Positions 14,756 through 30,249 of a DNA stretch of 64,000 bases are shown in pieces; positions within the stretch are counted from its first letter, which is position 1; every line of letters begins with the position of its first letter. Where the stretch lies: positions 47,492,001 to 47,556,000 of the forward strand of contig NC_043001.1 of assembly GCF_006345805.1 (NCBI RefSeq), given 5' to 3'. This DNA comes from Octopus sinensis (taxonomy: Eukaryota). Below the pieces are notes generated by a model. That model was not told the origin of the DNA. It saw nothing but the letters and a program-made list of their open reading frames with translations, and made no database searches. Position numbers and translations under genes: made by a program.

Positions 14756-14805
<50 letters not shown>

Positions 14806-14887
14806 AACACACACATAAATTCAAATTCATTTTTCTTTCTTTCTTTCTTCCTTCATTTCTTTCTCTCTCTAACTTTCACTCACTCAC

Positions 14888-14934
<47 letters not shown>

Positions 14935-15136
14935 CATACACACATAAATACACCACATATACGTAAGCAGGGAAAAACGTACGTGATTTGATGATGATGA
15001 TGATGATGATGACGATGCTGATGATCTTGTTTTCCTCTGCAATGATTGCCTTGACATCATTGCCCCAAGGGCGATGCATGTGAAAACTTTAAATGTGGGA
15101 TAATATTACCTGTGGGCGGCTAAATAAGGGTTCGGA

Positions 15137-16307
<1,171 letters not shown>

Positions 16308-19287
16308 GTCCAGCCTGTTAACGATTTTGCCACCTGACCTCCTTCATAGTAATAGCAACAACAACAATAATTATAATCCTTTCTACTTTAGGCATCAAGG
16401 AATCTCTAGGGAGGCCACACCCTCAATTCATGCCTACGCATCAAAAAAACCATGTCCTATTAAGCTCGGTGATGTCACTAGATACATTATCTATCGTGCC
16501 ATCCACAAGAAGGTGTAGACACGTGAATCTGGTCAGACGAAAGCTGGGACAAAGCACGATCATTAGGCAGTAATATATAAAGGAAACAATGTGCAGGTTT
16601 TCCACCTCTGCCTAACCTTTCAAGGGTAGGTTTATCTTAACTCATTTCTGAGTAAGACTGGTTACTCTGCTCGTCTCAGTTCCTAACCATATATAGTTCT
16701 GGACCGAACCAGACCCAAGAAGTTAACTGGTCCTTCGGTCCAGTGACCGACGACACTGGCCGGGGTGCATGAATTTGCCTCTCCAGGTGCCAAGCTGCAA
16801 GCCCACAGAATTGTCCGAGTTAACTTAACCCTTTAGAATGGTGTCGATGGCTCATCTTCTATCGTGTTCCATACTATCATAGCGACTTCGTCTGCATATG
16901 GTAATACGGTTTTTCTGTGTCCTAACTTTTCTTTCTTTAGTAGTAGCTTTGATTCACAACATACTAAAGAGAGAAAACACCCTTGGCAGTGGAACAGGGG
17001 AGTTAAAACGGTTCCGCTGGTGGCAACTTAGACTGACCAATGAGCAGGAATCTTTGTACATTGAAGCGATCTAACCGCTGAAAACAAGATCAATATCGCT
17101 GGTGTGCTGATAGCTTTCGATCGATGCAAATTAGTCCGTATCCTACCAAGACCATGTTTGTTAATCACTCTCACTATGAAGTATTTGCATGAGGTGGAGG
17201 GTGTTGCGCATAGATTTGTGGGGAACCATGCAGATCTGCATTTTCCTGACCATAATACTGATTACAAGTACCAGCTTATTTACTAGACTTCCGCCAAAAT
17301 CTAAACTCTGTATTCAGTCGAGTTATGGACCATAAATTATCAACAATGTTCCTCTTGTACGCTATAATCAAATTAGAAGTAACGCATATTGTAATTTGGC
17401 TTCCATTTTTTAAAATCTTTTTAATTTCAAATAGTGGATTGTTTAGAGTGCATTATATAATTTTAGTCGTGGGGTTCAAAGAGTGGAAATGTAAACCAAA
17501 TTTCCTGGTTCGCATAGTTAGACATTTGATAATAAAAGAAAAAAATCAGGAAGCATGCATGAATGGTTTGAATTCGAATGTTTCTTAGCAACATGTCATA
17601 GTTGCTTTCATAGGTTCTGAGCCAGAGGTTTTGTGGGTTTTTTTTTAGAATGAAATGACAGAATGCTACCTTCGTTTCTCTATCTCTCTCTCTCTCTCTC
17701 CCTCCCTCTCCCTCCCCCCTCTCTCTCTCTTGTTTTTACTCTAGCGATATATGTAAGATAAGAAACGGTTACAGTTGGAAAAGAAAACTAGGTTGTAGGC
17801 TCGATTCGATTCACCGAAAATATGCTACAGAGCTGCGGCGCCTGCATTGATAACAAGGTTTCTTTTGATTAGGAACAATGCCAGACTTTTGTAAGGATAT
17901 AGGGAGCAGGCTACAAGATCTACCTTGACATATCATTGATATCTCTTTTTAGAATTATGAAAAAACTAAAATCAACCTTGAGAAACTTGACTGTTAACAG
18001 TAAGATCGCTAGATTTGAAGGTTACAACTGCTGTACTATATATTTATCAGTCATAGGAATAATTTATGGAATAAAGCATAATTTTCATAGTTGTATACTT
18101 ACTAGTTTTGTTTTGGGGAGGGGTTAAGTCATACATTTCAAGCCCTCGTTTCTTCTTTCTTGCTGGGTCTAGAGGAAGGGGTTATACTCGAAGGTGTCCC
18201 CTTCATGTTACTCTTGAACCTTTATGAGGGGATACACGAGCAGGGAGTAAGTCCCATATGACTGACGTTTTGAGAAGGAAGGACTAGGTACAGTGATAAT
18301 TGAGGAGCCTGGGAGAGGGTTGAATATAACAGGGAAATGAGAGGAGGAGTGAAAAGTAGGACAAAAATGCTTGAGTGGAAGGGACATGAGCTAGGCTAAC
18401 TCCGATGACTTCAAATCACTGTACGAGTATTATTTGTAGAAAAGATCAAGTGAGGAAATAGTACAACCTGTGGCTCAGAGGTTACAGCAACGTTGCAAAT
18501 GTTAGAGCAAAACTCCATTGTGAACCGATCTGTGTATTAAAGGGTGTCAATAAATGTCGGGACTCTGAAGTCTTTTCTGGCCCTAAAGAGAAGAACCAGT
18601 TGTTGGGATGCAGTCCTAGCTATGCCAAACATATGCTTTCAAAAGAGAACATTGTTGATAACGAGGCCCAGCATTTGGAAGGATTGTTGGGGTTTAACTG
18701 CGTGCTGTTAATGATTAATGGGGATATGGTGCAATGTTATTTTCTTAATATGAGTAGCATTTTGCTTTTAATGATCAGCGATATTGGAGTGTTTCTGTTT
18801 GCTTTCCACTTACATCTCTCTACAAAGTAAGGCAGTAATACCAAGAGTACTACGTCAGAGTTAACTGTATCTAGTTTCTATTGTGAGATCGATAATTTCT
18901 CATATTTATTTATAAGTAAAAAAAGATAATGAGATTTGTAAAAGATGAACAAACGGTATATTTAAATTTCAGGCCTGTTAGTTAATTCCAAAAAGATCGG
19001 CGTTTGAAAAGAAAGATGTTCGAGATATTATATTTGTAACAACCCTGCAAGTTGAAGCAGGCATGGCTAGACATATCATGATAACAATGTGGATGGTGTC
19101 TGAACATAAAAGACCATGTAGTTCGATAAATGATAAAGAAAATACAAGACTCGATAGAAAGATTTCAGTAGGTTCAACAAAAATTAACTATCAGTATCAC
19201 CAAACATCTTTAAATCATTGAGGAAAAGACTTGTAACCTGATGATGATGATGATAATGATGATGATGATGATGATAACAACAAAAAT

Positions 19288-19630
19288 AATCCTTTCTACT
19301 ATAGGCACAAGGCCCGAAATTTGGGAGAGGGGACTAGTCGATTACATCAACTCCAGTGTTTCACTAGTACTTAATTTATCGACCCCGAAAGGATGAAAGG
19401 TAAAATCGATCTCGGCGGAATCTGAACTCAGAACGTAGCGGCAGACAAAATACTGCTAAGCATTTTGTCCGGCGTGCTAACGATTCAGCCAATTCAATCC
19501 TTTCTACTATAGGTACAAGGCCTAAAATCTTGGGGGAGGGCACCTAGTCGATTATATCGACCCCAGTGCTTAACTGGTACTTATTTCATCGATCTCGAAA
19601 GGATGAAAAGCAAAGTCGAATTTGAACTTG
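19288..19630 (-). mobile_element. Two adjacent family M SINE copies
   Basis: ATCCTTTCTACTATAGG...CGAAAGGATGAAA occurs at about 19289 and again at about 19497. Confidence 0.8.
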
Positions 19631-19939
19631 TTGAAGATATCGTCACCTAGGAAATAATATAATTCAGTGTAGTAAAGAACATTAACTGGAACGCTTTTGA
19701 CCATGGGTTTTTTCGCACTTGGTTGACCCAAAGTTAAGGAGAGAACAAAAAAAAAAGTTTCCCAGCCATGGTCATGGAAGGAACTGAATCCAGTCCTGTT
19801 TTAACGAAGAACTGTACCCAGTCTGGTATATATATGTATACAGACACACGCACTTACACACACACACACACACACACATGTTTATCTATATGTGTCTACG
19901 TGTCGGTGTTTCTCACCCACCACCACCACCACCACCACC

Positions 19940-20135
19940 GTCACTGCTTGACAACTGGTGCTGGTTTATTTACATCCTCGTAACTTAGCGGTTCGATAAA
20001 TATGACCGGTAAAATGGGTGCTGGTCTTAAAAAAAAACCGCACGCAATTACTAATGTAGATTTGTTCGACTAAAACACTATAATGAGGTGCTCTAGCATG
20101 GGCGCAGTTCAATGACTGAATCAAGTAAAAGATAG
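19940..20135 (+). mobile_element. Family C SINE, 3' part
   Basis: GCTTGACAAC...TAACTTAGCGGTTCG...AATGACTGAATCAAGTAAAAGA. Confidence 0.7.
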
Positions 20136-20401
20136 AAGATTAGATAGCAGACGGCAAGAATGTGGAACGTTAGAAATGCAACAACATCGAAAATTAAATA
20201 AATATCTTCCAGTCTTTGTCACAGTAGGAATGTCTGATCATAAAAGCTCACGTGGAGTGGGGCACTGATGTAGGAATAAACAATAATTCCAACATCAACA
20301 ACAAAGTCTACAGCATCAACAACAACAATGGCTTTTACGATGTAGCTAGGGAAGCTCCCAGAAATAGCAGTCAAATATCCTTCAAATCCAATCATATATA
20401 T

Positions 20402-20439
<38 letters not shown>

Positions 20440-20495
20440 TTCTTTACTGCAATAAATAAAAGTATGTAATGACCATTATCTATAGCTCTCATATA

Positions 20496-21733
20496 TTGGG
20501 ACATCCCATAAATAATGCGGTGTTTTGTACTTTTATTTTTCAAAGTTAAGATAAACAAAGTTCTTTTTTAATCTAAAATATACTCTCCTTCGCTTGTCTA
20601 CAATGCTCTTCCATCTATCTGGTAGACTTGCAAGATCCGCTTCCAAAATTCACTTGTCTGTGATGAAAAATACTCCTTCACTACTGTTCTGACCTCGTCT
20701 ACAGAATTCATATTTTCCAGATTTTGAAGACTGCAGAATAAATGATAACCAGATTGGGCAATGTGTCGACGAATACGGTGGGTGGGGCGTCGTTTCCCAT
20801 TCAAACTGCTCCAGCCTTTCGAATGTCATTCTCGCTGTATGTGGCCAAGCATTATCCTGATGGAAGAACACCTTTCATCTTAAAAGCAAAGATGGTGGTT
20901 TTTATTCTAGCGCTGACTTAAGCTGCTCAAGTTACTCGCAGTAAATCTCCTTTGTTATCGTTTGGTTTTGGGTTTAAAAGTTCAAAGTGGACTAAACTGT
21001 TCATATGCCACCAAAGAGATAACAACACCTTACGTGACCTTCTTTGGCCTTCGACGCTTGACATTTTTATAGAGAAACCACTTCTCGTCACCAGTCACTA
21101 TTCGGTCCAAAAAAAGATTCATTCGTGAGACGTGACAGCAAAGAAAAGCACACATTCACTCTCTACAAGCGATTACACACGGAAAGTTTGTAAAGAACCT
21201 GTCATTACGCAATTTGCTAACTTTTCCGAGGGAACACAGGTGTTGATGAATGGTTGAATGACCAAATCCAAGCTTCTCTGCTAGTTCCTCAACAGTTACG
21301 ATGGAATTTTGTTCCACCAGGTTTTGCAGGACGTCCTCGTCGAGCTCTACAGATCTTCCAGGACGAGGCTCGTCTTCTAGGCTGCAGTCTCCGGCTAGGA
21401 ATTTCTGGAGCCACCGTTGACACTGGTTTACGCTTAATGTCCGATTGCCATATACTGCATTAATATTCCTTGCACTTCCCGTCGCGTCGTTGCCTTTATT
21501 AAACTCAGAAAGCAAAATATGCCGAATATGCTCCTATGTCACTTCCATTATAGCTTTAAGTAAATAAACTGTTAAAATCGAGATGCACTCTTCAAAACTT
21601 TCACCAAGAATAAGCGCAAGGTAAAATTACTACCTGCTTTTATAGCAAGTTGATGCAGATAGTTTATCCCGTCCCCCTCCGACTTTTAGCCCATGCAATT
21701 AAAAAAAAACGCATTATTTATGGGATGACCCAA
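20496..21733 (-). mobile_element. Full-length defective mariner transposon
   Basis: TIRs TTGGGACATCCCATAAATAATGCG / CGCATTATTTATGGGATGACCCAA. Transposase fragments: HTH region (LEDEPRPGR, TVEELAEKL), VTGDEKW, FHQDNAWPH, HPPYS; several stops and frameshifts. Confidence 0.95.
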
Positions 21734-21769
21734 TGCACACACACACGTGTATATATATATATATATATA

Positions 21770-22228
21770 TATTAGAAGAAATGAGGTAATCAGAAGATCG
21801 GATGGTTCATATTTATAGATATTTACTTATATATTACATTTTTTACATATATATATCATATCATTCAGATTATTAGCGCTTTCTCCCATTCTAGTGGGGT
21901 TTTCAAATCAAATTAATTCCTTTGTGGGGAATTTAATCATTTTATAGAGTTTCGTAGATGTGGGGAGGAACAAGACAGTACAAGAGGGTGAAGTGGATGA
22001 GGAGGAAGTGAGAGAGAGAACATGTGTGTATGTGTGTAGTGTGTGTGTGTGTGTGTGCGTTTGTATCTGAGGCTAAAGAGAAAGAGGGGAAGGGAGAGGG
22101 AAGAAGGTTATGATATGATATATATATGATATATATGATATATATATATGTAAAAAATGTAATATATAAATGAATATCTATAAATATGAACCATCCGATC
22201 TTCTGATTACCTCATTTCTTCTAATATA
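21770..22228. mobile_element. Element with ~90-bp terminal inverted repeats in (TA)n, Penelope-like inverted pseudo-LTR, with degenerate hammerhead
   Basis: ATTAGAAGAAATGAGGTAATCAGAAGATCGGATGGTTCATATTTATAGATATT is inverted at about 22175-22225. Minus strand 21870-21911 reads UUGAAAA-CCCCA..UGGGA-GAAA-GCGC-UA. Confidence 0.65.
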
Positions 22229-22443
22229 TAATACTTGTACATCATCTCCAAACCTTCCAATATATATATATATATATATATATACAATTTTAATAGTTTG
22301 ATTAAAATTGGTTGGCACTGAAACCCTCGGAGTACCAACGAATATGAATATGTACTCTACAAGAAGTATCTTCAATTTAATGTAAAATTGTTCTTTTTAT
22401 ATAATTCGACATAAAAACAAGCATTAAAATATATACGCGCACA

Positions 22444-22573
<130 letters not shown>

Positions 22574-23106
22574 GGCTTTCGGTCACGCTCCGAACGCCTT
22601 TGATCAATCGGGACAACCTGGTCCTACACAACTGTATGAAATCAATATTTAGCAATAAACAAGATAGGTAGAGGTAGTTGGGCCGACAACTAATGAGATT
22701 TGCTTTGTTAATAAGAACATAGCAAAGTTATGAACATGTGAAGAGTTTTGTATGAGAGAGGGAGAGAGAGAGAGAGAAAGAGAGAGAGGAGGGACGGGAG
22801 GATTGTGATGGAGGAGGAAGCGATAGAGAGAAACAGACATGATTGCGTCTGGCTGTATGCATGTACCCGTGTTTGTGTGCGTACGTCCGTGTGTGTGTAT
22901 GCGAGAAAGAAAGAGGAGAGAAAAAAGTGAATGCTTGTGTGTGCGTGCGTGTATGTGTGTGTGTGAGAGAGAGAGAGAAGGAGAAAGAGAGAGAAATGGA
23001 TAGATTGGTAGGTAATTGGTGAGAGAGAGAGAGAGAGAGAGGATAGCGAGAGAAAAGAACGAGTTCATAATTATTATTCGGGATGCAGACAGCAGGCAAG
23101 CGGCCG

Positions 23107-23120
23107 GTAGCTATGGTAAC
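23107..23120. promoter_or_regulatory. RFX X-box motif (copy 1)
   Basis: GTAGCTATGGTAAC fits GTHNYY-AT-RRNAAC, in a locally CpG-rich stretch. Confidence 0.45.
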
Positions 23121-23258
23121 AATACTGCTCCGCATCGCCAACCCTTGTCATTCGATAATACAAGCATTCTGGATCTTTCGTTTTACAGTTTCGATGTTCT
23201 ATTTATATTTTTAGGTTGTCTACACACACACACACCACACACACACACACACACACCA

Positions 23259-23297
<39 letters not shown>

Positions 23298-23300
23298 ACA

Positions 23301-23351
<51 letters not shown>

Positions 23352-23882
23352 GGCTTTCGGTCACGCTCCGAACGCCTTTGATCAATCGGGACAACCTGGT
23401 CCTACACAACTGTATGAAATCAATATTTAGCAATAAACAAGATAGGTAGAGGTAGTTGGGCCGACAACTAATGAGATTTGCTTTGTTAATAAGAACATAG
23501 CAAAGTTATGAACATGTGAAGAGTTTTGTATGAGAGAGGGAGAGAGAGAGAGAGAGAGAGAGAGGAGGGACGGGAGGATTGTGATGGAGGAGGAAGCGAT
23601 AGAGAGAAACAGACATGATTGCGTCTGGCTGTATGCATGTACCCGTGTTTGTGTGCGTACGTCCGTGTGTGTGTATGCGAGAAAGAAAGAGGAGAGAAAA
23701 AAGTGAATGCTTGTGTGTGCGTGCGTGTATGTGTGTGTGTGAGAGAGAGAGAGAGAAGGAGAAAGAGAGAGAAATGGATAGATTGGTAGGTAATTGGTGA
23801 GAGAGAGAGAGAGAGAGGATAGCGAGAGAAAAGAACGAGTTCATAATTATTATTCGGGATGCAGACAGCAGGCAAGCGGCCG

Positions 23883-23896
23883 GTAGCTATGGTAAC
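23883..23896. promoter_or_regulatory. RFX X-box motif (copy 2)
   Basis: Same 14-mer in the duplicated unit. Confidence 0.45.
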
Positions 23897-24164
23897 AATA
23901 CTGCTCCGCATCGCCAACCCTTGTCATTCGATAATACAAGCATTCTGGATCTTTCGTTTTACAGTTTCGATGTTCTATTTATATTTTTAGGTTGTCTACA
24001 CACACACACACACGCACGCACACAACACAACACACACACACACACACACACGCACAAAACACGTACAAAAGTTTATATACGAATGCATATACACACAACA
24101 TCCAATACATACTTACACACAAACATACATAGCGCTTCAGATATAACACGAAGATATATAAGCT

Positions 24165-24203
<39 letters not shown>

Positions 24204-24506
24204 GTATAGACGCGCACACACTCACATATACACGCGCGCACACACGCACATTTATACATACATGCACACACATGTGCGTATATATATGCTTGTGTGTATT
24301 TACATACACATACATGTATACATCGAAAGTTATAAAATAAATTTAAAATAAACGAAAAGATAAAAAGCACTTTAGTTTGTCTTATATATATGAATATATA
24401 TTTTTTAATATATATATTTTTTAACATTTAAGCCTTCTGTCGTTTTTTCACTCTTTACTATTTTCTTATATATTCACCCACGTGCTTTACCAAACAAACT
24501 TTCTTA

Positions 24507-24583
<77 letters not shown>

Positions 24584-24623
24584 ATATATATATGTATGTG
24601 GAGTGTATGATGGAGGAGAAAGC

Positions 24624-24908
24624 GATAGCCTCGGGACGACCAAAGCCTTGTGAGTGGATTTGGTAGACGGAAACTGAAAGAAGCCCGTCGTATATATGTA
24701 TATATATACATGTGTGCGTATGCGTTTGTCCCCCTACATCGCTTGACAACCAATGCTGGTGTGTTTGCGTCACCGTTACTTAGCGGTTCGACAAAAGAGG
24801 CCGATAGAATAAGTAGTAGGGTTACAAAGAATAAGTCCTGGGGTCGATTTGCTCGACTAAAGGCGATGCTCCAGCATGGCCGCAGTCAAATGACTGAAAT
24901 AAGTAAGT
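24624..24908 (+). mobile_element. Family C SINE, 5'-truncated
   Basis: Matches the reverse complement of the 2707-3070 region. Confidence 0.85.
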
Positions 24909-25177
24909 GAGTAAATATTTGCATGTATACACACGCATGCATGCATGTGTATATAGGTATGTATGCATATATGCGTGTGTATGTATACATATGCGTGTAT
25001 CTTTATGTGAGCCTATGTATGTAGAAACTTACGTGTATACATACTTAGATTTATTTTCATATATGCATACGTGATGCATGTCTGTATATACACATGCATA
25101 TGAACTTCTATACATATACAAATGTGTATTAGTATGCATGTGTGTCTGTTTGTGTGTGTTAGTGTGTATACATGTGT

Positions 25178-25522
25178 GCCACTGCGTGGCACCTTGGGCA
25201 AGTGTCTTCTACTATAGCCTCCGGCCGACCAAAGCCTTGTGAGTGGATTTGGTAGACTGAAACTGAAAGAAGCCTGTCGTATATATGTATATATATGTAT
25301 ATATGTATGTGCGTGTATGTTTGTGTTTGTCCCCCTAGCATTGCTTGACAACCGATGCTGGTGTGTTTATGTCCCCGTTACTTAGCGGTTCGGCAAAAAG
25401 AGATCGATGGAATAAGTACTGGGCTTACAAAGAATAAGTCCCGGGGTCGATTTGCTCGACTAAAGGCGGTGCTCCAGCATGGCCGCAGTCAAATGACTGA
25501 AACAAGTAAAAGAGTAAAGAGA
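25178..25522 (+). mobile_element. Family C SINE, 5'-truncated
   Basis: Starts at CCACTGCGTGGCACCTTGGGCAAG and ends GTAAAAGAGTAAAGAG. Confidence 0.9.
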
Positions 25523-25807
25523 GTCTATGTATGTATAAATACTTGCATACGCGCATGCAAGTATGTATATGTGTGTAGCTGTTTATATTTATATTCATAC
25601 ATACATGTATACATATATACATATGTGTATGTGTGGGCGAGCATGTGTGCATATTACGTGCATGAAATGCATGTAGTATATAAGCGAATCACAAGTAGAC
25701 AACATAGGCCATCTAACGTGTATGTTTAATGTAAACAGTTGATGAATTCGCTGACGTGTGCTTGCATCCCTTACGTTTTCTTACGTTTGTCGCTCACTCA
25801 CAAGTAT

Positions 25808-26198
25808 ACTCTCTTTTTACTCTTTTTACTTGTTTCAGTCATTTGACTGCGGCCATACTGGAGCACCGCCTTTAATCGAGCAAATCGACCCCGGGACTTA
25901 TTCTTTGTAAGCCCAGTACTTATTCTATCGGTCTCTTTTGCCGAACCGCTAAGTGACAGGGACGTAAACACACCAGCATCGGTTGTCAAGCAATGCTAGG
26001 GGGACAAACACAGACACACAAACACACACACATATATATACATATATACGACAGGGTTCTTTCAGTTTCCACTCACAAGGCATTGGTCGGTCCGGGGCTA
26101 TAGCAGAAGACACTTGCCCAAGATGCCACGCAGTGGGACTGAACCCGGAACCATGTGGTTGGTTAGCAAGCTACTTACCACACAGCCACTCCTGCGCC
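25808..26198 (-). mobile_element. Family C SINE, near full length
   Basis: Near-identical to 2707-3167. Confidence 0.9.
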
Positions 26199-27065
26199 TA
26201 TATATCTGTGTTTGTGTATATTTTGTATATCAATCTATAGGGCTTCCGAAAGGAATAATGCAAGATGGAACAACACTACTTTCTGGCCCCAAGGGTGGGA
26301 AGTGCCCTTCTCAGATTCAAGGAGGTTCAACACCCTATTTTATAGGCGCTGTATATCTGTATATGCATATGTGTATACATATTTGTATAGAAATATACTT
26401 ATACGTGTATTATGCTTATGGACAGGCTTATGCGGACTTATCTTTTAAGTATTCGTTCCAATAATTTTTTTTACATGCCACAATTTCAATACAACATTGG
26501 AAGAAATATGAGAGAGACAGAGAGAGAGAGAGAGAGGGAGAGAGAGAGAGAAAGTGTATGTGTATTTGTGTAGTATGTGTGTTTGAGTATGTGTGAGTAT
26601 ATAAATGTATATATATATGCACACATATGCATTTATACACACATGAACGTACACACATACACACTTGCACACTTATATATACATGTATTTTTTATGTAAG
26701 TATGTATGTATGTAGAAACGCATGTGTATACATACTTAGATTTATATTCATATATGCATACGTGATGCATGTATGCATATACACATGCATATGAACTTCA
26801 ATACACATACAAATGTGTATTAGTATGCATGTGTATCTGTGTGTGTGTGTTTGTGTGTATACATGTGTGTCTATGTATGTATAAATACTTGCATATGCGC
26901 ATGCAAGTATGTATGTATGTGTGTGTAGTTGTTTATATTTATATTCATACATACATGCATGCATACATATATACATATGTGTATGTGTGTGCGTGTGTGT
27001 ATAATAGCTAGCTAACTAAACATACATACATACAGACAGACAGACAGACAGACAGATAAATAGAC

Positions 27066-27143
<78 letters not shown>

Positions 27144-27526
27144 GTGGATGGATGGGTAAACAAACACACACACACAACACTCAGATGCAGATGGAAAGAA
27201 ATAATGTTACGATGGTCGAATGAACAATGGATAAAGAAAATAAATATTATCATTCATACACAACAGTTTCTTAAATTTACAAACAAGGCTCTTTTTACGG
27301 TTTATACCGTCCATACAGGGATATCCTACAACACTTAGTATTTCCCCGTTTCGAGGGAAATAAAAATAAAAGTAAATATACAGATTAGTTCATAAAGAAA
27401 GCTCATTATATTATATGCAAATTATATTTCTAGGCACATCCTCTTTAGTTTGTACTTGATCTTTTCTGGGGATTTTTCTCTCTCTTGTGATTTTAAAGAA
27501 AAATTGAAATTTGATAAATAACTCAC

Positions 27527-27753
27527 CAAAAATTCCTTGTAAAAGATGCTATCAGACAAATGTTATCTCCAATTACAACAGAAAAGCTTGCCGGTATGAC
27601 GAAAAATTTTCAACAATTTGATGTCTCCCTCGCAAAATAGTATTTATACTATATCTTATCTAGTGCCACTGGATCTATTGTGTTTGTCCAGTATAACTGA
27701 TATCTTCCAACAAAAATAATGATTTCCTTTCTGTTTGTCAAAAAACAATTACC
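27527..27753 (-). other. Candidate non-coding (UTR/lncRNA) exon
   Basis: Minus-strand acceptor TTTTAATATTCTTTCAG| and donor TTG|GTGAGT bracket unique sequence; all three frames contain stops. Confidence 0.35.
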
Positions 27754-28387
27754 CTGAAAGAATATTAAAATTTACAGCTTAAATAACATATATAATCTAT
27801 TTCGTAAATGCTTTCTTTCTATACTGGTATTAAAAAATTTATAGCAAAATATAAATATTTGGTGTTAAAATTAAAACGAAAATTTGACTGCCATAAAATA
27901 CACCATAAAATATAGCCTATATTGTTAAATCAATCAATAAATAAATCTATATTAATATACCTGTTCAGAGAGGTATATATTTATAGATGCAGCGTGTATT
28001 TTATGTATCGGCTGCCAACTACTTCAGGAATGACGTCTGGTTTAAGTCCGTGTATTCCCGACTAATTATACTTAAACTATATATATAGGGCATGTATGTA
28101 AATAAATATATATTTATATAGTTATATATCTTCGCTTATTGTTAAATCTTTTGATATTTTTCTATCATTTTTCCCCACTTCAATATATGTAGTGAATTAT
28201 AACATTAGTTGTCTTTAATCTGTTGTAGTCTGATCAAACAGGCTTTTCTGACGTAAAAATTTCACTGGCAGTCTTCCCTAGTCCTTAAAAAAAATATAGC
28301 ATAATATAATTCAACGTATTCATAAATATATCAACACTAATATATGTATATACATACATACATACATACATACATACATACATACAT

Positions 28388-28445
<58 letters not shown>

Positions 28446-28536
28446 TATATATATATAAAACAAAATAATAAATAAAACATGCATATGTAGGTACAGGACA
28501 CCAAAAAACGCCGAACACAATGATATATATATATAT

Positions 28537-28585
<49 letters not shown>

Positions 28586-28643
28586 TAGAGAGAGAGAGAG
28601 AGATAGATAGATAGGTAGATAGGTAGATAGATAGATAGATAGG

Positions 28644-28684
<41 letters not shown>

Positions 28685-28697
28685 GGATGGATGGACG

Positions 28698-28733
<36 letters not shown>

Positions 28734-28734
28734 G

Positions 28735-28788
<54 letters not shown>

Positions 28789-29647
28789 TAGATAGATAGA
28801 TAGATATGAACAATGTACCTGTCGAAGTGGATATGTATGACTGCGTAACGGCTGTTACCAGTGTTAGGATTGCCTCCCGGTCTTAATACAATTTACGTAC
28901 TCTTGCTTAGTTAAATATTTTCACAAACTTCAAAGATGATTATATATAAATGTTTTTATCTATCTGTATATATATACGTAAATATTCTTTGATTCTGTTG
29001 AATTATCTCTTTTTTTTTTTATTTCTATCGCTTTCCGTCCCGTTTTATAATATCATTGAAACAATCCACTTGTAGCTGTGGATTTCCCAAGCTACCAGTA
29101 AATGCCGCCGCCAAGACAAGTAAGATCCAACTGGGATCCAGAGTAAAGAATAGGAATAAATGTGAGTGAGTGAGAGAGAAAGAAAGAGAGAAAGAGCGCG
29201 AGGAGACGACGAAGGAGGAATGGGAAGAGAGGAGTGAACGAGTGCAATGGTGCTTAGAGTGTGTGTGTGTGGGGGGGAAAGACACAACTACTTCAAATAG
29301 AGGGGAGGAGAGGAAGGGTGGGAAGTGAGTATGTAAGAAATAGCAAAGGATGAGTGAGCGATCGAGTAAAGTTAATGGTTGGAGACGAAAAGAGAAATAG
29401 TGAGGAAAGGAAATGGAGGCAAAAGAAAAAGAGAGAAATTGTGTGCGTACGCGCGCGTGCGAATGTGAGCGAGAGTGTGGATATGCTTGAGAAAGAGACA
29501 GACAGAGAGAGAGAGAGAAAAGAGAGAGAGAGAAACGTATAAGCAATGCAGGGATGAGGTGGACTGTATGAGCGTTAAATTAAATTATCAAAGCGAGGAA
29601 GGGAGAAAAAGAGGGTGAATAAGAGAAAGAGAGAGAGTAAGATAAAT

Positions 29648-29692
<45 letters not shown>

Positions 29693-30249
29693 GAAAACGA
29701 GAGAAACAGATAGATATGAAGAAAGATAGCTAGATGGAGAGAGACACATAGAAAGACATTCATAGAGGGAGAAAGTTGATGACGAAGACAGAGGGACAGA
29801 CAGATATATATTTATGAGTGAGAGAGAAAGAAAGAAAGAAAGAATGAATGAAAGAAAGAAAGAGAAAGAGAGAGAGTAAGAGAGAAAGAAAGGGACAGAC
29901 AGACAGACATAATTATATAGGTTCGTAGCGGGGTAAAAAGGAAGAGAAAATTAGTGAAGAGAAATGTGATAGCGAGTAGCGAAGTTTCTTCTCTCTCTCT
30001 CTCTCTCTCTCTCTTTCCCCCCTCTCTGTCTCTATCCTGTGAAAGAGAAAGAGAGAAAGAAAGAGAGACAGAGAGACAGAGAGACAGAGATACATAAGAT
30101 AGAGCAAGAGAGATATAGGAGTGCAGTTAGTGTATTTATGAAGGTAAAAAGCTACCTAGCCTCTGTGGAAATTAATACGGATGACGGTAATTAACAGCTG
30201 AGCGACTGCTTCTCTTGGCTCAGAAAAAAAAGTAAATAACAGCGTATAT

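Noticed and set aside
16380-18830. Possible LINE 5'/ORF1 and mariner remnants
   Set aside because: Too degraded to assign by eye.
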